Below, one piece after another: positions 24,040 to 34,608 of a stretch of 64,000 nucleotides of DNA. The stretch comes from Eledone cirrhosa (Eukaryota): contig OZ024741.1 of NCBI GenBank assembly GCA_964016885.1, positions 114,576,001-114,640,000 on the forward strand, given 5' to 3'. Each line of letters begins with the position of its first letter. Position 1 is the stretch's first letter. A model generated the notes under the pieces. That model was not told the origin of the DNA. It was given only the letters and a program-made list of their open reading frames with translations, and made no database searches. The position numbers and the translations under genes were made by a program.

Positions 24040-27000
24040 ATGCATGTCTGCATGCATGTGTGTGCAGGTATGGACGTTATTGTATGTGTATGTTTTAAGT
24101 TATGTGTGCATGTGTGTGCAGGTATGGATGTTATTGTATGTGTGGAGATGGATGTTTTGAGTTATATGTATGCATGTGCATATGCTTTGTATCTGTACAT
24201 GTGTACATGGAGTTATTAGATGCAGATTTTTGGAATGTTTTACACATTTTTACTGTTCCATTAATGGATTGTTCTTGTAATTTTCTAGCTAGTCGTGTTC
24301 TTTTTGTTTCTGTGAAGCCCAGTTTCTCAAGATTTGTACTGAGGTAGTTACTAACATATCCCAGTGCCCCAATAACCACAGGCATAAATCTGAAGGTATA
24401 GTCAGGGTGGAGTATCTGTAGATTTCGCGTTCGTTCTGCATAGATATTCTCCTTTTCGCTAATCTTTGATATTATATTGGCATCTGCAGCTAACTTCCGC
24501 TACTGTGCATTCCTTCTTTTCCCTGTTCCATATCTGGTCTGTTATGCCTGCATCTGTCCAAATATGTCATAACGGTACTACCTACCTATGAGGCATGATG
24601 TAGTGGCCAAAACACTGTACAATGCAATCCGTAAAAAGATAGCTCCGACAATAAACATATTACTAGAACATTCCATCAGTACTCTTTCATATTATGTATA
24701 TGTATGTCTTCCACATTGCTGTAGCTTTTAATCATGCCTCATAGGTATGTAGTACCGTCATGACATCTTTGGACAGATGCTCATGAAATGGGTGACATCT
24801 TCGATGTTAATTCTGCTGAGTCTGCACTTATCATATCTAGTTGTTTTGCTTGCATCCCTATCTCTCTTGTGAATCAGGTATTTTGTGTTGATCTCCTGTT
24901 CTTGGATTGAAAAAGCGTATCCTTCAAAGTGGGAGCCAATATAGCGGTTGTTGGTCCAAGATAGACTACTTTTCTTATTTATATTACTCTCACTTTGGAG
25001 CTTCCTGGCAACATATCCATGCATGATTTTTTGCTGATAAGCATGCAAGTTTTCATCCATGGATTCGCTGCGGTATTGCTGGGCAACTTCCCTTGGTGTG
25101 AGTTTTTGATTATCATGCAGGGAGTATGTTTCAAAGAGTTCCTTCGCAACTCTCATGATCTTATCTGTCTCATGCAGACAGACTTGCTCAATAGATGGGC
25201 TCCTTCGCTTGGAGGCTTGTAAATATCGGAGGGATATAATCTGACACTCAAATGTTGTCTGGACCGATGGTAGGCCTCTACCTCCCTGCTTAAGTTTCAA
25301 GTAGAGGCGGTCTATGTCACTGTTGATGTGGAAGTTTCCAGTGTTGTTTAGAATTTTTCGAGTTTTAACATCAATTTCTCGGATTTCGTCTGTCGTCCAA
25401 TAGAGTATTCCAAAGGTTGGTATTAAGACAGACATAGCAAATACATTATGAGCCACCGTTTTATTGTGCGCAGAGAATTCCGATGACCATATTTTTCTTA
25501 ATCGGGTGTAATATTCCCTGGTTACGCGTTCCTTATTACAAATACCATTATAGAATATGTTCTCATCTATCCCCAGGTATCTGTAGCAGTCCTCATCAGA
25601 TATCGGTGAAACAGTTAGGCCATTGATGAAAATGTTGCTAGATTGGGTTGTAGATTTTCCTCGCTTTACAATGGTATATGAACATTTAGCTTGGCCAAAC
25701 TCCATTCCTATATCCGTTGAGAACGTTGCAACCAGGTCAAGATTTTTCTTCATCCCATTTATGTTCTTGGTATCGAGTTTCAGGTCATCCACAAAGTAAT
25801 TATGGGTTAAGTTCGTATTTCTGTCCTCCTGTGAACCAATGATGGCTTCACATTTCTTGAGCAAAAAGGACAAGTGGTTTAATGACAGGATAAATAGCAG
25901 CACAGAGAAACTGTCTCCTTGAAATATACCCCTGTTATATTCTATTTTATCAGAGGAAATAGAGTTCTCCTCTGTTTTTAACCATATGATAGTAGCCCAA
26001 GAAGAAGAAAGCTTCTCTATGGCTCTGATAATAATGTATGGGACTTTAGCAAGCTGGAGGGCCTCTATCATCCAAGAGTGGGGAACAGAATCGAATGCTT
26101 TCCTTTAGTCCAGCCAGACTGTACCCATATTTCTCCTAAGTTGTCATCCTTCTGACATCGCAGTTTTGTTAATTAGGAGTTGTTCAGCACACTCCCAAAC
26201 ACATTTCTTTCCAGCTGCTTGTTCATCTGTAATGATGTTATTACTGTTGCAGTGATCTTGGAGGAATAGGTTTAGACAGGCTTTATACATCTTATACATC
26301 AGGTTCTGGCATGCAATGGGTCGGTAGGTTTTTACCAAGTGGGTGTTTTTGTTTTTGGGGACCAGTATTGTTTGTGTTAATATCAACCATTCTGGTATAT
26401 GTGTATCTCCATTGAGAGCTTGATAAGATACCTCCGATAGAATATCAGTTTTTTGTATCAGTAACCAATAATCATGTCTCTTCCTGTTGTTTTCTTATCT
26501 TGAAGTTTTCGTATCACAGTCTAAAGGGTATCCTCATTTATTCGATATATTATTGTAGTGTAGGAGCAATAGCTCTTTTGGATTTCTTTTAGCCACACTG
26601 CATCTTGGTTGAAATTCTTCTTTTCACTCAATATTTTTCTCCAGAAGGAATCTATGTCTTTCTGGGATGGGGCCTCAGTGATATTTATTACTTTGCCCTT
26701 CATATCTCTATAGACTGATGTTTGGTTTCGTCTGAATCTTTTATCAATTACTTTTCTTTCAGCCACCCTCTTCTTTTATCGACGTTTCTCGCTGATAACT
26801 CTCAATTCTTGTTTGAGGTTGATCAGCTTCTATTGAAGAGTTTTGATTGTACTGTTACCAAACATCGTTTCTATTTTATTTTTCACTCTTTGTTGATGAG
26901 GAGTGAATTTATTTTTGTCTTTGTATGCAAGTAAGAAGCATTGTCATATATTCTATAGTTTTTCGTAGGTCAGCAATCTTTTTTCTATTTTAGTTATATA

Positions 27001-27155
27001 TGATGGTATTTTTTGTGATGTTTTGTTCGTGTTAATATATCTGCTATCACCAAGATAATGCTTCACTGTCGTTGCTAGGGCATAAAAACAGGCGTTGATT
27101 TACCAAAATGGGGGCTTTTCATTCGTCGTAAGTATTCATCCCCTATTTCGTCAAT
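24040..27155 (-). mobile_element. Decayed non-LTR retrotransposon, RLE type (R4/Dong-like)
   Basis: RT motifs YRPIACQNLMYK, VWLD*RKAFDSVPHSW, RGIFQGDSFS, YFVDDLKL and YRYLG. C-terminal CRL..EDVTHFMSICP Zn knuckle, RHD, HNRPD, EVS and PVVIGALG. Flanked by ATGT-rich microsatellites. Contains stops and frameshifts. Confidence 0.9.
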
Positions 27156-27600
27156 GTATGTATGTATGTGTGTAAATATATATATACATGTATGCATGTG
27201 TATATATGTAAGCATGTGCATGTATATGCGCGGGAACATAGAAATAATCGGGCTGGATATCCGATCGCGCTGTTAAATCACTGGGAGTGAAGGACCCCTA
27301 GCCTTTGTCAGGGCATTCTTCTAGGAGAAGGCAATTCAGGAAACTGGGATAACTCCGACATAAAACCTGCGGCTCAGTAGTTACCGATGATGTTGATCTT
27401 TTCTTCTTTTCGTGTTATAGCTACTGTCGCTCAGAGTGGGATTGGCTCAGTGCACAGTCTTTCCTCACTTTAAAACAAATCTTCACGCACAGGTATTGCA
27501 CAATAGCATTAATTGATAATTATTATTAATAATGTTATATCGTGAAATGGCCATAGTCGATAAGAGGGGGCAGCCATCATGTATGTATGTATGTATGTAT

Positions 27601-27603
<3 letters not shown>

Positions 27604-27672
<69 letters not shown>
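27604..27672. repeat. (GT)n microsatellite
   Basis: Perfect dinucleotide run. Confidence 0.98.
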
Positions 27673-27674
<2 letters not shown>

Positions 27675-27682
27675 TTACGCCC

Positions 27683-27806
27683 CTTTACGGTCTGAGTTCA
27701 AATCCCGCCGAGGTTAACTTTGCCTTTCATCCTTACGGGGTCGATAAAATAAAGTACCAGTAATGTACTAGGTAATTGCTGGCCTTGTGCCAAACGTAGA
27801 AACAAT
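27683..27806 (+). mobile_element. SINE 3' part (same family as 897-1502)
   Basis: CTGAGTTCAAATCCCGCCGAGGTTAACTTTGCCTTTCATCCTTACGGGGTCGATAAAATAAAGTACCAG. Confidence 0.8.
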
Positions 27807-27894
27807 TATTTTATAAATTATCAGCAATAGAGAAATAACCAGTTACTAACATACACACAAGGCACATTGGAATTTAGACAACATCTGGGTAAAT

Positions 27895-28213
27895 ATGTCT
27901 GTATGTGTTTGTGTGTGTGCAGGTATGGATTTTATTGTATGTGGATGTTTTGAGTTAAATGTGTATATGTTTCTGTATCTGTACATCCATTTATTCTATG
28001 CAGAATTTCTGAAATGTTTTACATATTATTATTGTTCCTTCAATGGACTGAACTTGCTCTTTCTGGTTCTGTGATACCCAGTTTCTGAAGATTTGTATTG
28101 AGGCAATTAGTAACGTGTCCAAGAGCCCCAATGATCCCAGGAGTAAATCGAAAGGTATAGTTAGGGTGGAGTATCTGCAGATTCCTCGTTAGTTCAACAT
28201 AAATGTTCTCCTT
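27895..28213 (-). mobile_element. Second 3'-end fragment of the R4-like retrotransposon
   Basis: Aligns with ~24110-24455 (GTGTGTGCAGGTATGGAT..CCCAGTTTCT..GGTATAGT.AGGGTGGAGTATCTG..TTCTCCTT). Confidence 0.85.
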
Positions 28214-28299
28214 GGGCAGCTGGCATGTATGTGCACGTTAAAACTGGCGGAGCCCATCTGCTCTCCTCTCCAGAGAGAGAGAGAGAGAGAGAGAGGTGG

Positions 28300-28470
28300 T
28301 GGGGTGGGGAATTGATCTCAGTACTGCACTGGTACTTTTTTTTATCGACTTCGAAAGGCTGAGAGCAAAGTTTACCAGAGCCGGTTTTTGAACTCAGAGC
28401 GCAGTGAGCCGGAGCCAATATCGCAAAGCATTCTGTCCGATGTATTAACGGCACTGTTAATTCACCGCAC
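28300..28470 (-). mobile_element. SINE (same family as 897-1502)
   Basis: ACTGGTACTTTTTTTATCGACTTCGAAAGGCTGAGAGCAAAG..TTTGAACTCAGAGCG..CGCAAAGCATTCTGTCCGA. Confidence 0.7.
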
Positions 28471-28775
28471 GAGCGATAGTTGGGTATATGTATTCGAGAA
28501 ACAATGCATTACTATTATAGACACAATAGCTGTCAAAGAGGAAACATCTAATTGCGATCATTTATTAACATTGAAAAATCATAAAATATAACATCAATTC
28601 AACGAATTGTACTTGTCATACATATATATCTCTTATGTCATTACATTCACACTTCAGTGAATAAAACGAAATGAACCAGAAAGTATTAATTGATGAGCAA
28701 TCTTGAGAGTATTGAAGAAAATAACACATATATACAAACACACACACATACATATGTAACACACATATATATATA

Positions 28776-29448
28776 TTTGAATTTCGTATTTATAAAGAAA
28801 TACGGTATGTTAAGGAGGACAATCGTCGATGCATTTCGAACTCAAGTGGTTATCTTGAGGACGATCTCTCCCGCTCTTGCCACTGCCGGACTTTGAAAAC
28901 AGGCGAAAAGATATAGTTTTTTTTTTCGTCTGTGCAAATGAGGTGATTAATCTCATTTGCATATGAAGCTGTATAAGTTGGCTCAACTTATAATAGAATG
29001 GAATTAAAATTTAGCTTCTAACATAGCTGTATATAAATATGTGTTTGAATTTCGTATTTCTAAAGAAATACGGTATGTTTATAAATAAACAATTAGAAAA
29101 CCATACAGCTAAGAATAACACACTGGCAGCTAACGGCACCAGGTGGTGCCCGACAGAAGCAAGGAGGATAATCGTCGATGCTTCATATGCAAATGAAATT
29201 GATCACCTCATTAACACAGACGAAAAAACTATGCTTTCGCCTGTTTTCAAAGTCCAGCAGTGGCAAGAGCGGGAGAGATCTTTCTGGCGAGAACCAGTTG
29301 AGTTCAAAATGATTCGACGATTGTCCCCCTTGCTTCTGCCGGGCACCGCCCGGTGGCGTTAGCTGCCATTGTGTTATTCATAGCTATGGCTTTCTAAATG
29401 TTTATTTATAAACATACCGTATTTCTTTAGAAATACGAAATTCAAATA
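28776..29448. repeat. Rearranged cluster of the ~334-bp repeat: minus-orientation partial tandem fused to a plus-orientation copy
   Basis: 28776-29180 is the reverse complement of the 12133-12527 unit (a deleted copy plus the start of the next). 29180-29448 matches 12222-12491 directly. Both outer ends abut TA/CA microsatellites. Confidence 0.9.
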
Positions 29449-30243
29449 TATATATGTGCGTATATGTGTGTCTGTTACATATGTATGTGTGTGTGTGTAT
29501 GAGCGTGTGTGACATATATATATATACATATATACATACATATATATGTCTATATATATATATGCATATATATATATATATATATTTATTTACGTACGTA
29601 TAGCACGGAGTGCATGTGTATAAACACACACGCACCGTGTTATATTTTGACGGTATTGTAATACTCTGCTCTATCCTGTAATAACCCCACTTCACTTGTG
29701 TATAGCTTGCAGTTATGTGTTGCCTGTCTATATGCCAGTGGACACCCATGGGCTACGTAATTCAGGTACCTACCAGTATACCTTGTATATGTATACCATG
29801 GAGGGGATTTTAATTACTCTGGTCTTTCTGGATGTACCTTAAGAACATATTAGTGCTTATATAACTATAAGTTACTGAGATCCTATTCACTTATATAGAA
29901 ACCAGCGCTTAAATTCCTCTAGCTTTTATATGTGCTTAAAACTTCCTTTTTTCACTTCTTTCCTTTTAAAATAAATAAAAAAATCTTCTACCTTTTTATT
30001 CACTTTTTATCTCTTTATATTATCTTCCTTTTACTTTTTTATTATGTTTTATCCACTGTTTGTATTTTTTGATTTTGTGTGCCATCAATTGTATCTGCAT
30101 CTTGTGGGATCTGCTTGTGCTCTAGCATTTAGCTGTGGTGCTTAACAACCCCAGCATGTACTCTCTCCTTATTCGCCATCTCCGATCTCCCTATCTTTAC
30201 CCTCTATTGTATTCCGATTGTTCGTGTGACTAAGCTTGGTAGA

Positions 30244-30341
30244 GCTTATACTCAGCACTGTGTTTATTAAGCTCTGATGATTCCTACCAATGGTATGGAT
30301 GAAACGTTGTAAGCAAATAAAAACTGTTTGAGTATGTAAGC
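30244..30341 (+). ncRNA. Type I hammerhead ribozyme
   Basis: GCT-CTGATGA (30274-30280), stem II (TCC.TACC-AAT-GGTA.GGA), GAAA (30301-30304), then C-GTT-G-TA and AGC. Predicted cleavage is after GUA (30311). Stem I extends via TTTATT/AATAAA and GCTTATACTCA/TGAGTATGTAAGC. Confidence 0.8.
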
Positions 30342-30546
30342 GTTCTTTGGTTTCTTTTACATATAACGATTCTGTTCTCGTACATTGAGCTAATACAATA
30401 CCGTAAAAATATAACACGGTGCGTGTGTGTTTATACACATGCACTCCGTGCTATACGTACGTAAATAAATAATACTGCTCCCCCCGGTAGAGCTAATAAA
30501 TATAACCCACACATCCACCGGTGTATGCTTATATAAACTTGACAGT

Positions 30547-33125
30547 ATGCTAACCAAAGACTACCTACCTTTGTCACTTAAGAATATACCCATCCCATCT
30601 AGGAATACATATGAGAGGTTACTCATTGCTAGTGTTAACTCTTTTATTAAACCAATTAGGTGGAGAGCCTTCCACTTTGATAGGAACCGAGATGACACCC
30701 GGCTGGTGACCCGTGAAGATAGATATGGCTTTAGGACTTACAAGAATCCACCACATAACAGTTTGTTAGATGATTTCGAGAACGATTTTTTAATTATGAT
30801 AAGGAATGTTAAATACAAGAAAAATCATGTCGATACTAATAAATTCCGTAGAAACCTCAAATCTATAGTTAAGAATTTTGGCGATAATGACTCTATCCTA
30901 GTCCCATCAGATAATACTAAAAATATTTATAGCCTAGATTATATAACGTATCGCAGATTCATTTATAATGAACTCAATAAGAACTATAAAAAGACAACCT
31001 ACACTAACTTGGATGAAATAAATAAAGAGGGGCTCGATATTGTTAGAAAATTAAAACTAGAGAAATATACCCAACCTTTCACCCCTAAACAACTTAGGTT
31101 TACACTAAAAGATCACAAGGAAGACTTTATTAGCAACCCCTCTGTTAGATTGATTAGTCCATCTAAGTCGGACATAGGGATCATAAGTAAGAAGATTTTG
31201 GACAGAGACATTCCGGTAATTAGAAATAAAATTTACCTTAACCTGTGGGGGAATACTGAGGAAGTGATTGAATCGTTCTCCAGCATTAGTAACCATCAAT
31301 CCCCTATGTTTGTCCAGTTTGATATTGATTCATATTACACATCTATATCTCCCATCCTTTTGAATAAGGCCCTCATCATGGCCATGCAGAACAGTGATCT
31401 AACCAGATACCAAGTTGATATCGTTTTAGCCGCACGTAAAACTTTAATCCTATTTGAGGAACAATTATGGACACGGAAAAACACAATTAACAACTTTGAT
31501 ATCACAATGGGATCTGGTGACTCTGCCCAGGTAACTGATTTAGTCGGACTTTACCTACTCCATGAGCTGCATAAGGCACTTCCATATCTTCGCGGTGATT
31601 TATACCGAGACGACGCCCTCCTTAACCTTGAGCATAAAAATATAAACTTGATAGGACAAAGAAGGACCTGTGTAAATGTTTTTAAAGGTTTTAACCTTAG
31701 TATAACTATAGATAAGAATAATAGAACAGTGAACTTCTTAGATGTAACACTTGACCTAGAAAATAAGATTTTCACACCTTATCATAAACCTAATGAGAGA
31801 CTACATATGTGAATGCTAATTCCAACCATCCTAAATCAGTACCGAATGCTATTATTAAAGGAGTATCTAATAGGATTAGCCGTTTATCTTGTAATGAGGG
31901 CATTTTCAACTCTAATGTGGATTATTATAACGGGCACTGGCTAAGTCTGGCTATAGGAATAAACTATTTTACGTACCCACTAGCTCCGAATCAACCCATG
32001 CTGGACATAATAGTATTATCACGCACAATATGTCTTTGAATAATAATAGTATTAGTAATAGGAATTTGGATAAGAGCCATACGGTAATTAATTCATCCAG
32101 GCCCAGACTTACTGGCTCTGCTGTACATCCTCCACATACTCCTACTGGTTACACTAATAGCGGTGGGTTGAGATCTAGAGCCTATTCGCATGGTGGTGAT
32201 CTTGGAGGGCGTATTGACCAAAATAATGCGAGAGTTTCACAGCAGGTATATAGTGGCACTGATTTTGTGGGCGGTGGGGGGATTGGTAGTTCTAACATTA
32301 ACTGGACTGTAGTGGGGAAGAATAGAAAAAATAGAAGAAGAATGAACACTTTCTTTAACCCACCATACAACTCTGAAGTCTTAACTAACTTTTCCAAAAC
32401 CTTCTTAATCTTAGAAAAGAATTTCCCCCCTGGCAGTAGATACCATAGTATATTTAATAAAAATACGATTAAATTATCTTACTCCACTACCCCAAACCTG
32501 GCTTACCACCTAGCACGTACTAATAATAGGAAAATTAGAGTAGGATTCGAGGATATCAAATCTGTAAATAACCACCAAAAACCTAACACTTTCGCTAATG
32601 AGGTACCTGAGGTTGCTAACAACACCTCGGATGAACACATTCCATGTCAGGAGGGTTTTAACAACCGACCATCCCAAGGCACGAACAACAGCACACACCG
32701 AAATTGTAATTGTAGACGGAGTGAAAATTAACCTTTAAAAGGAAATTGCCTTATGAAAAACATAGTTTATGCATGTGATGTTGTAACAGCAACCTCCACC
32801 AAAAGATACGTGGGCTCTACTTCTACATCATTCAAAACTAGATACAACTCACATAATTATACATTTAAATATAATAGGTTTAAGAATGCCACCTCCCTAG
32901 CTAAATATATTAATTTAAAAAATAGTATAGATTATACACTCAATTGGAAGTTGGTGACTAAATCTACGCCATACCCCCCCGAGCAAAACTTGTAACCTGT
33001 GCCTTCTAGAGTCTCACGCCATAATATACTCTAAATGTAACTTGCTCAATAGGAAATCGGAGATGTTCTCTTCTTGTATACACATGAACCTTAATTCCTT
33101 TCACTACTTTAAGCCAATTACTTAG
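30547..33125 (+). pseudogene. PLE reverse transcriptase + C-terminal GIY-YIG endonuclease, frameshifted
   Basis: RT region: SLKNIPIP, RWRAF, FDIDSYYTSI, FDITMGSGDSAQVTDLVGLYLL, YRDD, NFLDVTL, SNHP, FNPPY, KLSYS. Endonuclease region: CNCR..*PLKGNCL, NIVY..RYVGST..FKTRY..H, and in a shifted frame CNLCLLE..LLNRKSEMFSSCIH, with a stop at 33123-33125. Confidence 0.93.
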
Positions 33126-33669
33126 ATCTGCTGAAGAATCACTCCTCCCTATACAGTACCACTGCAGCACTCTATTAACTTTCCGCCTCATTATTTCTAG
33201 TTCCTTAACCAACTACTTTTTCACCCCCTTGTGGATCCCCTCGGTGTGTGAGTTTGTATAATAGTGTAGACTTCTGTTCCTTTGCTTTTGCTGGTCGCCT
33301 GTTTTCGATAGGTATCCGGTATGCCCGGCACACGGTGCAAATGGTTATATCCCCTAGGGTGACCACCATGTGTCCTTCACTGAGTGGCTTCCATTCAGTC
33401 ACCGGCCGCCATGGTTGAGTATTAGCACAAACCATCGGCCCCCAACTCGAGGGTTATTGGTGTGAGTGGGCGTATGAATTGCCCCAATTATGGCATAGTA
33501 TTCTTACTTATTTATTTATTTGTTTATTCATTTATTCTTATTTATTTATTTATTTATTTATTTCATTGAAGATTTAGTCCCTGCTAGTTACCATAACGTA
33601 ATAGGTACTGTCCCTCCTGATGGGAATAGTACTATATCGTTTCGACAACCTATCGCTATTGTGAAGTAG

Positions 33670-34490
33670 GCAATTGAGCTACTTGCCCCACCTGGAATAG
33701 TCAAAATAACACTTTTGGGGCATTTCTAGTTCAATTGTTTGACCCTCCCTGCTTTGGAACATGCGTACACTCCCCACTCCCCACACCTGGTATTACGGGC
33801 CGTTTGTGCACGGGTTGTGGACACAATGCTTGCGCATTGGGATTATTGTAACTCCATCTGCTATGAATTTTTATACTTTCTGATTGAATCCAACCCGTAT
33901 GAACAATCCCCCATAATAGAAATAGTGAAGTTATTGGGCTTATTGACATATCACTAGGTAACCGGGTTTTAATGGTCTGTCGTATGACGCACCTGACAAT
34001 CCTGGAGGTCCATTAATAATAATTAACTTTATCGTTTTTATTTCTACAATTCTTATAGTATTAATGTGATTTTATAGATAGTTAGCGAAACGTCCTTAAT
34101 ATTGTTGACGAATGATATTGGATCATTCATAACAATATTCATAACAAGGTAATTCCACGACTCGCCCAATTGAACTTAGTCCCACAGACCCATTTGGGCG
34201 TATATAGTTAAATAGTTGGACCCTCCCTAATGCGGAATTGGCGTGCACTTCCCACTCCCCACCGTTGGTAATACATACAGGTCATACCGGGGGGATTGAG
34301 AACACCGGGCTTGCACATTAGAAATTTGTGAGTTCCCTTTATCGTAGAGTTAAAATCTTTACTCCTGTTACAACACTCCACCATCGGTACTGGTAATGCT
34401 GCCGTCGGACTTTTCGACTTTTCATATAGTAACCGAGGTTTAGTAGTCTTTAGTGACAATGCTGGAGGTCCATTAATATTTAATAACAAT
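33670..34490. repeat. Old tandem duplication, period ~460-480 bp
   Basis: GACCCTCCCT at 33741 and 34219. CAC.TCCCACTCCCCAC in both copies. TGACAAT[C/G]CTGGAGGTCCATTAATA at 33994 and 34454. Confidence 0.8.
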
Positions 34491-34608
34491 ATAGTCTTTA
34501 TTAGTACGAATTTGTCGAATTAGTATGAGGTTCTTCTGGTGATTAAATCTTTTTTTTCTACTTATTTTTATTTTGTTTGCAGTTCGAATTAAATAACCCT
34601 ATAGATGA

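Larger units (their letters stand above)
29583..33125 (+). mobile_element. Penelope-like element (PLE) with upstream pLTR-like region and 5' inversion; 3' limit uncertain (may extend to ~34600)
   Basis: RT + GIY-YIG pseudogene, upstream hammerhead ribozyme, and a 78-bp inverted repeat (29583-29660 / 30394-30471). Confidence 0.85.

Noticed and set aside
32729-32731. In-frame stop at an expected Cys position of the PLE (selenocysteine recoding as in some Naiad PLEs)
   Set aside because: The codon is TAA, not TGA, and the ORF has other frameshifts.
33403-33485. GGCCGCCATGGTT..AACCATCGGCC stem resembling the start of an HDV-like ribozyme
   Set aside because: It forms a simple hairpin. I could not build the nested double pseudoknot (P1.1/P2/P3 and the catalytic C).
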